Shown here: positions 10,357 through 20,310 of the stretch, one piece after another
Numbering within the stretch: the first letter of the stretch is position 1
Layout of the letters: every line of letters starts with the position of its first letter
NCBI GenBank assembly: GCA_902778895.1
Contig: CACYZF010000003.1
Coordinates: 162,410-226,409, forward strand
Reading direction: 5' to 3'
Origin: an uncultured bacterium
Lineage (GTDB): Bacteria > Verrucomicrobiota > Lentisphaeria > Victivallales > UBA1829
Length of the DNA: 64,000 nt
Notes under the pieces: model-generated
Database searches by the model: none
Told to the model about the DNA's origin: nothing
What the model saw: only the letters and a program-made list of their open reading frames with translations
Translations under genes and position numbers: made by a program

Positions 10357-13092
10357 TCAAAACCCGAGATCGGGCTGAACGTCCCACGAATCCTCCTCCC
10401 GTTCGGGCGCGGCTGGCTTACTCGGCTCGGCCAGTTTCTCAACAGGAGCGGGTGCAGGTGCAGGAGCGGGAGCAGGTTTTTCAGCAGGTGCAGGGGCGGG
10501 CGCGGGCTTCTCAGCAGGCACGGGCTTCTCAACCGGAGCGGGTTTTTCTACAGGTTTCGCGGGCGCGGGCTTCTCAGCAGGCACGGGCTTCTCAACCGGA
10601 GCGGGCTTTGCGGCGGGCGCGGGCTTCTCAACCGGAGCGGGCTTTGCCGGGGAAACAGGTTTCACGGCGGGCTTGGGTTCCGGCGCTTTCTTCGCCTCAG
10701 TTGGAGGTACGGATTCGGGAACCGGTTCCTTCTTCGCGCGGCTGCGACGGGCAACGGGTTTCGTTTCCGGTTCGGGTACGATCTCCGTTTCCGGCACAGG
10801 TTCCGGTTCAGACGGCGTTTCCACGGGCGTTTCTTCCACAGGCGCGCCGCTTCCGCTCTCATTTCCACCGTTGTTGTCCTCCGGCGGGACCTCGACGAGT
10901 TCGGGTTCGGGCTCGGTGTCGGATTCGTCCAGCAGACGCACGAACGTAATCTTCAGGAGTTTGCGCGGGGAGATCAGGATACCGCCTGCCTTCGGGGAGC
11001 GTTCGGGCGCGTCCATGAGGGAAATCTGCTGAATCTGCTTGGCGCGGATCGGCGTGTCGACCTTGATTTCGTAGATGGCGTTCGGACGCGGCGTGATGAG
11101 CTCCAGGCGGCATCCGTCCGGGATGATGCGGTATTCGCGGTCCTTGATGAACGAGGCGATACGGGTGCGCTTGAAGTATGCGCGACCGGTCTTCTTCTCG
11201 GAGTAGACAACGCCGAACACGGTGGTCTTGTCGTAGCGGCGGAACTCGAACAGGCGGTCGATGAATATCTTGTCGGGGATGTCGATGACCTTGAAGTCGC
11301 CGGAACGCTCCACGCAGAGCAGATGGTCGAATTCGTTGCACAGCACGATGTCGTCGCTCTTTACGGAGGTGCCGATGTAGCAGTTCTTCTTGTCCCAGCC
11401 GACGCGGATGTTGGAAAGCGCGGCGACGCTCTTGTCGATCTTGGCAAAGGGTTCGAGGCGGATTTCGGTGCGGCGCGGGAACATGTCGCCGTATTTCGCG
11501 AGCAGCCCCTCGATGTACTTGATGGTGTACTGCTTGATGTGTTTCAGGTTCTTTTCCGCCTCATGGAGATCGTTTTCGAGCGATGCGATCTCCTCGCGGT
11601 TCTTATCGACCTCGAACGCCGCGATCCTGCGGATCGGAATCTCGACAAGGCGTTCGATCTCGGAATCCGGGATCACGCCCTGCGCCAGCTGGGCGAGGCG
11701 CGCGGCCTCGGCGGGCGCGGGCTGTGCGATATGCGGCCCGGCTTCGATCGCGGCGTGGAGCGCCTGCACGAGAGGAAGCCATTCGTCCTTGAACTGCTCG
11801 AGCCCGGTGCGGACCGCCAGGAACATGGCCTCTTTGGTCTTGCAGGTCTCGATCTTCTTGTAGATCTTTTCCTCAATGAAAATCTGCGCGAGGGTGCGGG
11901 CGAGGATCCTGTCGATGCATCTGGCGGCGACGATCTGGAGTTCCCATTTCAGGTACTGCACGAGCTTTTCGGTATTGCGGCGGAGGATGTCGCTGGCGCT
12001 CATGCGGACGGGCCGGTTGTCGCAGATGACCATGTACATGCAGGAGATGCTGACCTGACAGTCGGTGTAGGTGTAGAGGGCGTTGATGGCTTTCTCCGGA
12101 CTGTAGCCGCGCTGAAGCGAGAGTTCGATATTGACCTTGTCGTCCGCTGTATAGTCGTGGAACGAGGATATCTTGATGCGGGACTTGTTGACGGCGCTCT
12201 CAATGGAGTCCATCAGTTTGGACGTGTCGGTGCCCGCGTGGATTTCGCTGATAACGATGTCGTGTTTTTCGGCGGCGATGCGGGCGCGCAGCACGATCTT
12301 GCCCATGCCGTCCTGATAATCGGAGACGTCCATGATGCCGCCCTGGAGGAAATCGGGATAGATCAGGAAGGGCTCGCCCTTCAGGATGGAAATCTGCGCC
12401 CGCAGGAGTTCGTTGAAGTTGTGGGGGAAGATCATGGTGCGCGTGCCGACGGCGAGGCCGTTGGTACCCATGAGCAGCAGGGTCGGAATCTTCGAGGGCA
12501 GGCAGACCGGTTCCTTGTTGCGGCTGTCGTAGGAATCAACGAACGTGGTGATGTCATTGTTGAAAAGGACGTCGCGGCCGAGCTTGGAGAGACGGCATTC
12601 GATGTATCGCGGAGCGGCGGCGGCGGTACCGAGGATGATGTCGCCGAACGATCCCTGTTTGTCGATGAAACATTCCTTGTTCGCGAGGTTCACGAGAGCG
12701 TCGCCGATGGAGGCGTCGCCGTGCGGATGGTATTTCATGGTGGCGCCGACCACGTTCGCGACCTTGTGGAACGTGCCGTTGTCCATCTGGAAGAGCGTCC
12801 AGAGGATGCGGCGCTGAACGGGTTTCAGGCCGTCGTCGACGTCCGGGATCGCGCGGTCCTTGATGACGTAGGACGCGTACTCGATGAAGTTGCGGTCCAT
12901 CATCTCCCGCAGGCGCTGGTTCGGGGACGAGTCGACGGCGTCGGACGCGGATTCGTCGTCGCCCATCTCGTCGGACTCCGGCGGATAGTGCATATCGGGA
13001 TCGTAGTATTCGGTTTCGGGCGTATCGGACGGGGGATTGGAGGAGGCGTCGCGGTCGGGTCCGGAGGGAGGCATGAGATTCTTTTTCGGCAT
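10357..13092 (-). CDS. parC: Type IIA topoisomerase A subunit (topoisomerase IV ParC, Bacteroidetes/Chlamydia type) with a long Pro/Ala/Glu/Lys tail
   Basis: RAIPDVDDGLKPVQRRIL, YHPHGDASI, active-site AAPRYIECRL; no canonical GyrA-box pinwheel evident; adjacent to the parE-like gene. Confidence 0.85.
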   Translation of the reverse strand: MPKKNLMPPSGPDRDASSNPPSDTPETEYYDPDMHYPPESDEMGDDESASDAVDSSPNQRLREMMDRNFIEYASYVIKDRAIPDVDDGLKPVQRRILWTLFQMDNGTFHKVANVVGATMKYHPHGDASIGDALVNLANKECFIDKQGSFGDIILGTAAAAPRYIECRLSKLGRDVLFNNDITTFVDSYDSRNKEPVCLPSKIPTLLLMGTNGLAVGTRTMIFPHNFNELLRAQISILKGEPFLIYPDFLQGGIMDVSDYQDGMGKIVLRARIAAEKHDIVISEIHAGTDTSKLMDSIESAVNKSRIKISSFHDYTADDKVNIELSLQRGYSPEKAINALYTYTDCQVSISCMYMVICDNRPVRMSASDILRRNTEKLVQYLKWELQIVAARCIDRILARTLAQIFIEEKIYKKIETCKTKEAMFLAVRTGLEQFKDEWLPLVQALHAAIEAGPHIAQPAPAEAARLAQLAQGVIPDSEIERLVEIPIRRIAAFEVDKNREEIASLENDLHEAEKNLKHIKQYTIKYIEGLLAKYGDMFPRRTEIRLEPFAKIDKSVAALSNIRVGWDKKNCYIGTSVKSDDIVLCNEFDHLLCVERSGDFKVIDIPDKIFIDRLFEFRRYDKTTVFGVVYSEKKTGRAYFKRTRIASFIKDREYRIIPDGCRLELITPRPNAIYEIKVDTPIRAKQIQQISLMDAPERSPKAGGILISPRKLLKITFVRLLDESDTEPEPELVEVPPEDNNGGNESGSGAPVEETPVETPSEPEPVPETEIVPEPETKPVARRSRAKKEPVPESVPPTEAKKAPEPKPAVKPVSPAKPAPVEKPAPAAKPAPVEKPVPAEKPAPAKPVEKPAPVEKPVPAEKPAPAPAPAEKPAPAPAPAPAPVEKLAEPSKPAAPEREEDSWDVQPDLGF
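10420..10700 (-). repeat. Coding repeats (PAPVEKP/PAEKPAP) in the ParC tail
   Basis: A unit of about 42 bp, CGCGGGCTTCTCAGCAGGCACGGGCTTCTCAACCGGAGCGGG, occurs at 10501 and 10564, plus degenerate copies. Confidence 0.85.
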
Positions 13093-13098
13093 GATGGG

Positions 13099-14961
13099 TC
13101 AGACCAGATTGTTTTGGATGTGTTCCCAGCGGGTCTCGTCGTTGCTGCCCATGTAGAACCGCAGCATTTCGTGGATGCCCTTGGTGTTTTCGAGGGTGAC
13201 TTTTTCGAGGCGGATGTCGGGCCCGATGAACTGCTTGAACTCCTTCGGCGAAATCTCGCCGAGACCTTTGAAGCGGGTGATCTCGGCGGACTTGCCGAGT
13301 TCCTTCGCGCGCTCGTCGCGCTCCTGTTCGGAGTAGCAGTAGAACGTCGTTTCCTTGTTGCGAACGCGGAAAAGCGGCGTTTCGAAGATGTAGAGGTGGC
13401 CGGAGATCACGAGCGATTCGAAGTACTGGAGAAAGAACGTGAGCAGGAGATTGCGGATGTGCAGGCCGTCAACGTCGGCGTCGGTCGCGATCACAACTTT
13501 GGCGTAGTTCAGGTTCTCCACGTCCTCTTCGATCCCGAGCGTGCGCATGATGTAGAACAGTTCTTCGTTGGAGTAAATCGCGTCGAGCTTCTTTCCGAAA
13601 CAGTTGAACGGCTTGCCGCGGAGCGCGAAGACCGCCTGGTAGTTCGGGTCGCGGCTGGTCACGAGCGAGGAGCCTGCGGAATCGCCCTCGGTAAGGAAGA
13701 TCATGGTCTCCTCGGCGAATTTCGAGCGGTCGCCGAAATGGTGGCGGCAGTCCTTGAGCTTGTTGTTCCGCAGGGAAATGCGCTTCGAGATGGCGGCGCC
13801 CTTCTTCTGGACCTTCTGGATCTCGCGGCGGACCTGCTCGTTCTTCTGGATCTTTTCGAGGAGGAGGTTGGCCTCGTCGGGGTGCTTCAGGAGGCTGTCG
13901 ATCACGGCCTGCTTCACGGTGCCCTCGATCCAGCCGCGCACGTCGGTGTTGCCGAGCTTGTTCTTGGTCTGGGACTCGAACAGCGGTTCCTGGATCTTCA
14001 CGGCGATGGTGCCGAGGATGCCGTCGCGGATGTCCTTCGGGTCAAAGTTTTTGTTGAAATGCTCGTTGATGGCGCGCGTGATGCCGCCCTTGAACGCGGA
14101 AAGATGCGTACCGCCGTCGCTCGTGTACTGGCCGTTCACGAACGAGAAATAGCGTTCGCCGGTGTCGGCCGTGTGGCAGAACGCGAATTCGAGCGTGGAA
14201 TCCTTGTAGTGGACGGGCTGGTAGAGCGACGCGCCCTCGTCGAGCTTGGAACGCACGAGATCCAGCAGGCCGTTCTTCGAATAATACCGCTGGCCGTTCA
14301 GATAGAGCGAAAGTCCGCTGTTCAGATATGCGTACATCCAGAGGCGGTTTTCCACCTCGGACGGACGGATTTCGTAGTTCGGGAAGAGTTTCGGATCGGG
14401 CGTGAAGCGGATGCGCGTGCCGGAATGCTCCGTGCCGGGATCGAGGTATTCCTCGTGGTCGAGGATGCCCTCGCGGAAGACCGCGGTGCGGCATTTGCCG
14501 TCACGCCAGGACGTAACCTCGAACTGCGAGGAAAGCGCGTTCACGGCCTTCGTGCCGACGCCGTTCATGCCGACGGAGAACACGTAGCCGTCCTTGTTGA
14601 ACTTGCCGCCCGTGTTGATCTTCGAAACGCAGTCCACGAGCTTGCCCAGGGGGATGCCGCGTCCGTAGTCGCGCACGGTGAAGGAACCGTGGTCGGAGGC
14701 GATGTCGATGCGCCGCCCGAAGCCCATGATGTATTCGTCGACGGCGTTGTCCACGACTTCCTTGAACATCACGTAGATGCCGTCGTCGGGGTGCGAACCG
14801 TCGCCCATGCGGCCGATGTACATGCCGGGGCGCTGCCGGATGTGGGCGAGCGCGTCGAGGGTCTGGATGCTGTCGTCGTTATATTTTGAACGGGCGGCGT
14901 TCTGATCCGCCTGTTTCATCAGGTCGTCCTGTATGATGTCGATGTCATTGTCCGGTGTCAT
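13099..14961 (-). CDS. parE: Type IIA topoisomerase B subunit (ParE type)
   Basis: HIRQRPGMYIG, EVVDNAVDE, VRDYGRGIP, GMNGVGTKAVNALS, FLTEGDSA, IATDADVDGLHI, RFKGLGEI; 620 aa. Confidence 0.88.
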   Translation of the reverse strand: MTPDNDIDIIQDDLMKQADQNAARSKYNDDSIQTLDALAHIRQRPGMYIGRMGDGSHPDDGIYVMFKEVVDNAVDEYIMGFGRRIDIASDHGSFTVRDYGRGIPLGKLVDCVSKINTGGKFNKDGYVFSVGMNGVGTKAVNALSSQFEVTSWRDGKCRTAVFREGILDHEEYLDPGTEHSGTRIRFTPDPKLFPNYEIRPSEVENRLWMYAYLNSGLSLYLNGQRYYSKNGLLDLVRSKLDEGASLYQPVHYKDSTLEFAFCHTADTGERYFSFVNGQYTSDGGTHLSAFKGGITRAINEHFNKNFDPKDIRDGILGTIAVKIQEPLFESQTKNKLGNTDVRGWIEGTVKQAVIDSLLKHPDEANLLLEKIQKNEQVRREIQKVQKKGAAISKRISLRNNKLKDCRHHFGDRSKFAEETMIFLTEGDSAGSSLVTSRDPNYQAVFALRGKPFNCFGKKLDAIYSNEELFYIMRTLGIEEDVENLNYAKVVIATDADVDGLHIRNLLLTFFLQYFESLVISGHLYIFETPLFRVRNKETTFYCYSEQERDERAKELGKSAEITRFKGLGEISPKEFKQFIGPDIRLEKVTLENTKGIHEMLRFYMGSNDETRWEHIQNNLV

Positions 14962-15115
14962 GCTGTGTTGTCCGTTCCCCGCCGCGTTCAGTGCCGCTCC
15001 CGCTCAAATAGTCTGCTGCGTTCCATGCCGGAACCGTCTTCCGCGGGCATCTGTGTGCAAGGTATTCTCCGATACGGCGGTGCTGTGCTGGTTGTTTCTT
15101 TCTTTTCACTCTAAT

Positions 15116-15143
15116 AATATACCCCGGATTTCGATTTCTGCAA
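15116..15143 (-). promoter_or_regulatory. Putative promoter of parE-parC
   Basis: TTGCAG-N16-TATATT. Confidence 0.45.
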
Positions 15144-15230
15144 GGTCATTTTCCCCGAAAAAAGACGAAAAAACCGATGCCGCATTTTCCTTTCGATTAT
15201 GAGAATCAATGTCTTTTCCTGTTTTTTGAC

Positions 15231-15258
15231 AAAAAAAGCGCCCGGGATCGGCGGGCGC
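15231..15258 (-). terminator. Intrinsic terminator after the PPIase gene
   Basis: GCGCCCG/CGGGCGC stem followed by a T7 run on the minus strand. Confidence 0.7.
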
Positions 15259-15295
15259 ATCGCATGGTTCATTTGACGAAAGAAAAAGGGTACGG

Positions 15296-16570
15296 TCAGA
15301 GGACGGGAGTCGGGGTGGCTCCGGGGTTCTTCGTGGCCTTCGTGTCGACTTTGGCGGGCGTGAAATCGTAGACTTTCACGCTGCTCTTGGCGCGTTCGGC
15401 CTTGAGCATGGCCTGGATCTCTTCGGAGACGGTCTTGTCGACGAGGAAATCATGTATCTCGCCTTTGACCTTGTCGAGCGGCATATAGCCCTTCGGATCC
15501 TGCTTCAGGAGCTTGATGATGTGGTAGCCGAACTGCGAGTGGACGGGCTTCGTGAACTCGCCGGGCTTGGCGAGCTTGAACGCCGCAGCGGCGAAATCCG
15601 GGTCGAGCATGCCGGACTGGTCCAGCAGCATGCCATCCTTGTCGAACGGCGGGAGTTTGCCGTTGTCGCGCTTGCCGGAGGGGCAGTTGCTCTTTTCCTG
15701 CGCGAGCTTGTCGAAGCTGGCGGGATCTTTCACGAGCGCGGCGTAGATATCGTCGATCTGTTCCTTCGCGAGCTTGTCAGCCTTGGTCTTGATCTCCTTC
15801 TCCTCCTTGGAGTCGAGAGCGGAGACGGGTTCGCACTGGATCAGGATATGCGCGACCGTGATGCTCTCCGGAACGGCGAACTTCTGCTGGTTTTCGCGGT
15901 AGAACTTCTCGACGGAGTCGTCGTTGACTGCCTTTTCGGCCTTCTCAATGAAGTTTTTCTCCTCGTAGGCGGCGATGGCGGCGTTGCCCTGGATGTCGTC
16001 CTCCTTCGCGATCTCGTCACGATAGGCTTCGAGCGAAAGGCCGCGTTCCTTGAGCTGGGCCTTCACGGCGTCGACCTGCTCGGCGGGGAGCTTCTTGATG
16101 GAAGCGTCGAAATGGGTCTTCACGAGCTCCTCGGAGGGAATGAATCCGTCTTCCTTCGCCTTCTGCTTCAGGATCGCGGTGTCGATCTTCTGTTCGACGT
16201 ACTGCTGCATGGCGGTGCGCAGATAGGATTCGGGCGTCAGGGCGAGGACCTGCTGGGACACCTTCTTCGAGAGGAGCAGATCCACGATCTCCTTCTTCGT
16301 GATCTTCGTGCCGTTGACCTCGGCAACCACGTCGGGCAGGAAGGAAAGCGCCTTCGTCACTTCCTCCTCGGACGCGGGCTGGGACAGGAGCGCACGGCGG
16401 ATGGCGGCTTCGGCGGCCGCGTCGCCGTCAGCAGCGGTCTTCGGCGCGGCGACGTCCAGCCCCAAGTCGGGAGTCCCCCTCAGGGAAAGCGTCGACGGGC
16501 TGCTCTGGGCGGCGACGGAAAACGATACGGCACATGCCGCAAAAAAGACAAACATGGTTTTGCAGTTCAT
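15296..16570 (-). CDS. Exported parvulin-type peptidyl-prolyl isomerase (SurA/PrsA-like)
   Basis: Signal peptide; SurA-N-like VAEVNGTKIT; rotamase motifs VAHILI, FDKLAQEKSNCPSG, FAAAAFKL, PVHSQFGYHIIK. Confidence 0.9.
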   Translation of the reverse strand: MNCKTMFVFFAACAVSFSVAAQSSPSTLSLRGTPDLGLDVAAPKTAADGDAAAEAAIRRALLSQPASEEEVTKALSFLPDVVAEVNGTKITKKEIVDLLLSKKVSQQVLALTPESYLRTAMQQYVEQKIDTAILKQKAKEDGFIPSEELVKTHFDASIKKLPAEQVDAVKAQLKERGLSLEAYRDEIAKEDDIQGNAAIAAYEEKNFIEKAEKAVNDDSVEKFYRENQQKFAVPESITVAHILIQCEPVSALDSKEEKEIKTKADKLAKEQIDDIYAALVKDPASFDKLAQEKSNCPSGKRDNGKLPPFDKDGMLLDQSGMLDPDFAAAAFKLAKPGEFTKPVHSQFGYHIIKLLKQDPKGYMPLDKVKGEIHDFLVDKTVSEEIQAMLKAERAKSSVKVYDFTPAKVDTKATKNPGATPTPVL

Positions 16571-16597
16571 CGTGAGAACCTTTCTGTTACTGGATGA

Positions 16598-17338
16598 TTA
16601 TGGATTTGCGGGCCGCTGACGCAGCCAAGCTTCGAACCCGGCGATCTGAGCGGCGTCCGCATTCATTTCCAGAAGCGCGGTCAATGTGGCGGCTTCGTTC
16701 TTCCGGCCCGCCGCGGCGGCGTCCATGGCGTCCTGCATCAGCGCGACGCAGGCGTCGGCCCGTTCCACAGCGGCGCGCACCTCGGCTTCCTTGGTCACCG
16801 TGGCTGCATACGACGGAAGTTTCGGGAAGTATTTGGCGTTTGTCCTGGCAAACGCGCTCAAATCGGCAGCTGCGGCACGGATGTCGTCGGAAAAATGCGC
16901 CGCGAGCATTTTCTCGTTCAGACGCTGCGCCTCGAGCAGAAGATCGACCTGGGTCTTCGCCTCGGTCACGGAGGTGCTGACGTCGCCGTATTTGAGGCAG
17001 TAGGCGTCGAGTTCGGCGGAAGCGCCGGCGATGTCGCCCGCGTCAAGCTTGGCCTTCGCCGACGCGATCACGGTGTTCGCCCGGACAATGTGCTCGAAAT
17101 CGGAAAGGAACATGTTCGTGGGATCGATGCTGCGATAGGTGTCGATGTTTTTGAGCGCGGCTTCGTTGTTCCTGCGGTCCAGATTCTCGAATATCTCCAG
17201 CAGGGCGCGGGAACGCTCCATGGGCGCGGGCGGAGCGGATTTAGAGCAAGACACAAGGCATGAGAGCGCGATTCCGGCCAGGACGGCCGTGAACAGCGCG
17301 TAACGGACAGAGCAATGCGCGGAGGTTGTTGTTTTCAT
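16598..17338 (-). CDS. Hypothetical helical lipoprotein
   Basis: Hydrophobic N-terminus with lipobox LVSC; Ala-rich helical body; 27 bp upstream of the PPIase gene. Confidence 0.65.
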   Translation of the reverse strand: MKTTTSAHCSVRYALFTAVLAGIALSCLVSCSKSAPPAPMERSRALLEIFENLDRRNNEAALKNIDTYRSIDPTNMFLSDFEHIVRANTVIASAKAKLDAGDIAGASAELDAYCLKYGDVSTSVTEAKTQVDLLLEAQRLNEKMLAAHFSDDIRAAAADLSAFARTNAKYFPKLPSYAATVTKEAEVRAAVERADACVALMQDAMDAAAAGRKNEAATLTALLEMNADAAQIAGFEAWLRQRPANP

Positions 17339-17406
17339 GTTGGTCTTTCCAATCTGGTTCTATAGACAGCGGGCCGGCGGAAAAAGTTCCCCGAACAGCC
17401 CCTTTT

Positions 17407-17435
17407 AATATACTCGCCCTTCCCTAAAAAAGCAA
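17407..17435 (-). promoter_or_regulatory. Putative promoter of the lipoprotein-PPIase pair
   Basis: TTGCTT-N17-TATATT; the -35 element overlaps the secY terminator tail. Confidence 0.5.
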
Positions 17436-17468
17436 ACGCCCGTCTTCCGGCCGGAACCGGAGGACGGG
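17426..17468 (-). terminator. Terminator closing the rplV-secY transcript
   Basis: 12-bp stem CCCGTCTTCCGG/CCGGAGGACGGG followed by CGTTTGCTTTTTT on the minus strand. Confidence 0.7.
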
Positions 17469-17533
17469 TGAAATCGTTCAGAAGAACCGCCTGTGATGCG
17501 CGAACGGACTTGCGCCCGTCGCCGCTCCGCGGG

Positions 17534-18904
17534 TCAGCCTCTGCGGGAACGGAGACGTCCGCGCTGGAGGAAGCCCTCGTAGTTTTTCATCACCAGAAGC
17601 GATTCCATCTGGGAGAGCGTGTCAATGGTCACACCGACAATGATCAGCAGGCTGGTGCCGCCGAAGAACGACGCCACGGCGTACGGAATCTTCAGCCACA
17701 TCGTGAGGAGCATCGGGAAGACCGAGAGGCCGCACAGGAAGATCGCGCCGGCGAACGTGATGACGGTCATCAGGTCGTCGAGGTAATCGCATGTGGGCTT
17801 TCCGGGCCGGATGCCGGGCACGTAAGCACCTTCCTTCTTCAGATTGTCAGCGATCTGCACCGGGTTGAACATGTTCGAGACCCAGAAGTAGGAGAACGCG
17901 ATGATCAGCGCGCCGTACATCAGCATGTAGGAATAGGATCCGTGCGTGAAGTACTGCTGGAGCGCGGCGACCTTTGCGCTCGGGATGAGACGCAGGAACA
18001 TCGGCGGGAACATCAGGATCGCGCCGGCGAAGATGATGGGCATGACGCCGGGGAAGTTGACCTTGAGCGGCATGTAGGTGCTGCCGCCCGCGACCTTGTT
18101 TCCGACTGTCTTGCGCGCCATCTGGATCGGCACCTTGCGGACGCCCTGGCAGAGGATAATCGTGAGGGCGGTCACAACGGCGAAGATGATGATCAGGATG
18201 AGCACGTGCGGGAGACGGAACCGGCTGTCGCCGGAACCGCCGCTCTGGTACATGTCGTACAGCTGGGCGATCGCCTTCGGGAGACGGTCGATGATACCGA
18301 TCGTGATGATGATCGAAACGCCGTTTCCGATGCCTTTGTCCGTGATCTTTTCACCGAGCCACATCAGGATCATCGTGCCGCAGGTCAGGATGATGACCGA
18401 GAAGAACACGAACGCGGAGAGGTTGCCGCTGACGAGCGGCTGGCCGGGGAGTGCCGAGGGCAGGCCGAGGCGTTCCGGATGTGTCATGGCGATCGCGGTC
18501 ATGGCGCCCTGAATGACGCAGATGACGATCGTGAGGTAGCGGGTGTACTGGTTGATCTTGTTCATCCCGGCCTCGCCTTCGCGTTTGAGACGTTCAAGCG
18601 CGGGGAGGACAGGGACCAGGAGCTGCATGATGATGGAGGCGGAGATGTAGGGCATGATGCCGAGCGCTCCGACGGCGAACTGCTGGAGAGCGCCGCCGCT
18701 GAAGAGGTCGATCATGCCCAGGAATCCGCCGGCACCGGCAGTATCCTGGGAGAGCTTGTCGAAATAAGCCTTGAGGTTGTGCGTATTGACACCGGGGCAC
18801 GGGATGTTGGCCGCGATCCGGCAGACGATGATGACCGCTGCGGAAAAAAGGATCTTATTGCGGAGATCCTTGATTTTGAAAGCGTTGATAAATGCTTTGA
18901 ACAT
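17534..18904 (-). CDS. secY: Preprotein translocase subunit SecY
   Basis: DLRNKILF, LFSGGAL, ALGIMPYISASIIMQL, WLGEKITDKGIGNGVSIII, GGTSLLIIVGV. Confidence 0.98.
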   Translation of the reverse strand: MFKAFINAFKIKDLRNKILFSAAVIIVCRIAANIPCPGVNTHNLKAYFDKLSQDTAGAGGFLGMIDLFSGGALQQFAVGALGIMPYISASIIMQLLVPVLPALERLKREGEAGMNKINQYTRYLTIVICVIQGAMTAIAMTHPERLGLPSALPGQPLVSGNLSAFVFFSVIILTCGTMILMWLGEKITDKGIGNGVSIIITIGIIDRLPKAIAQLYDMYQSGGSGDSRFRLPHVLILIIIFAVVTALTIILCQGVRKVPIQMARKTVGNKVAGGSTYMPLKVNFPGVMPIIFAGAILMFPPMFLRLIPSAKVAALQQYFTHGSYSYMLMYGALIIAFSYFWVSNMFNPVQIADNLKKEGAYVPGIRPGKPTCDYLDDLMTVITFAGAIFLCGLSVFPMLLTMWLKIPYAVASFFGGTSLLIIVGVTIDTLSQMESLLVMKNYEGFLQRGRLRSRRG

Positions 18905-18938
18905 GTTGCCTCAATTTCCGGCGGAGACGCCGCAAGGG

Positions 18939-19388
18939 TTATTCGATGACTTCGACAGAGCCGCCGGCGGCTTCGATCTTGGCCTTGGCGGAGGCGGAGA
19001 ACTTCTGCGCCTTGACCTTGAGGGCCTTGTTGACATCGCCGGTGCCGAGGACCTTCAGCGGAGCCTTGTTCTTGGCGACAAGACCGGCCTTGAGGAGGAC
19101 CTCTTCGTTGATCTCGGTGCCCGCTTCGAACACTTCGTTGAGGGTGCCGACATTGACGACGTTGAAGACTTCCTTCACGCCATGCATCTTGAAGCCGCGC
19201 TTCGGGATGCGGCGGAAGCTCGGGGTCTGACCGCCTTCAAAGTGGTGACGGATGGCGGCGCCGCTGCGCGAACGCTGGCCTTTTTCACCGCGGCCGCAGG
19301 TTCCGCCCCAACCGGAGCCGTCGCCACGGCCGACTCTGTGTCTGTTCTTGCGGGAGCCGGGAGTCGTTTCGAGACTATGCAGATTCAT
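18939..19388 (-). CDS. rplO: 50S ribosomal protein L15
   Basis: RVGRGDGSGWGGTCGRGEKGQRSRSG, FEGGQTP. Confidence 0.98.
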   Translation of the reverse strand: MNLHSLETTPGSRKNRHRVGRGDGSGWGGTCGRGEKGQRSRSGAAIRHHFEGGQTPSFRRIPKRGFKMHGVKEVFNVVNVGTLNEVFEAGTEINEEVLLKAGLVAKNKAPLKVLGTGDVNKALKVKAQKFSASAKAKIEAAGGSVEVIE

Positions 19389-19403
19389 GATGAACTCCTT
19401 CTC

Positions 19404-19916
19404 TTATTTCTTGCCGAGTTTCTCAAGGACCTGGTCCTTGGTCTTCAGCAGCTCGATGGCGCGGAACGTCGCCTTGACGACGTTGGCCGGGTTGCTGGAA
19501 CCGAGGGACTTGGCGAGGACGTCGACGACGCCGCCGAGGTTGAGGACGGGGCGCATGGCGCCGCCGGCGATCAAACCGGTACCGGGGGAGGCCGGACGCA
19601 GGAGGACCTTGGAGCCGCGGAATTTGGCGGTCACGGTGTGGGGGATCGTGTGCCCGGAGAGGGGCATGACGATCATGTTCTTGCGGGCAGCTTCGCCGCC
19701 CTTGCGGATGGCGTCGGAGACTTCGTTGGCCTTGCCGTAGCCGAAGCCGACTTTGCCCTTGTGGTCGCCGACGACGACGAGCGCGCCGAAGGAGAAGTTA
19801 CGGCCGCCTTTGACGACCTTGGAGCAGCGATTGATGCTGATGACGACTTCTTCAGTGTCGGACTGCTCGCGTTCCTCTTTGGCCGGAGCGTCTTTTCTGG
19901 ATTTGTCAAAACTCAT
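19404..19916 (-). CDS. rpsE: 30S ribosomal protein S5
   Basis: [36 protein letters not shown]. Confidence 0.98.
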   Translation of the reverse strand: MSFDKSRKDAPAKEEREQSDTEEVVISINRCSKVVKGGRNFSFGALVVVGDHKGKVGFGYGKANEVSDAIRKGGEAARKNMIVMPLSGHTIPHTVTAKFRGSKVLLRPASPGTGLIAGGAMRPVLNLGGVVDVLAKSLGSSNPANVVKATFRAIELLKTKDQVLEKLGKK

Positions 19917-19930
19917 AGTGATGATACCTC

Positions 19931-20290
19931 TTAGAATTGGAGGCCGGCCTTGCGGGCGGCGTCGGCAAGAGCTTTGATTCTGCCGTGATACTGGAATCCG
20001 CTGCGATCGAAGACGACCTTGGAGACGCCTGCGGCGATGGCCTTTTCAGCGGCGAGCTTGCCGAGAGCGGCGGCGGCTTCGACGTTGCGCTTGAGGTTCA
20101 GGGCCTTGAACTCGGGAGAGAGCGTGGAGCTGGAGGCAAGCGTGACACCGGCGTCGTCGTCGATGAACTGGCAGTACATGTTGTTCGCAGTGAGACTGAC
20201 GCAGAAGCGGGGGACGGAGGCCGTCCCGGCGACTTTTTTGCGGAGACGCACATGGCGAAGCTGTCTTCTGACTTGGGAATTGCGAGTCAT
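19931..20290 (-). CDS. rplR: 50S ribosomal protein L18
   Basis: [40 protein letters not shown]. Confidence 0.97.
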   Translation of the reverse strand: MTRNSQVRRQLRHVRLRKKVAGTASVPRFCVSLTANNMYCQFIDDDAGVTLASSSTLSPEFKALNLKRNVEAAAALGKLAAEKAIAAGVSKVVFDRSGFQYHGRIKALADAARKAGLQF

Positions 20291-20310
20291 TCTTTAATTC
20301 CTTTCACCCG

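Noticed and set aside
11323-14889. 1188-aa plus-strand ORF
   Set aside because: Antisense to parC and parE, which have clear catalytic motifs.
10357-14961. Calling the pair gyrA/gyrB
   Set aside because: The short B subunit, the absence of an evident GyrA-box, and the divergent C-terminal domain fit the Bacteroidetes/Chlamydia-type topo IV better. Phylogeny is needed for certainty.
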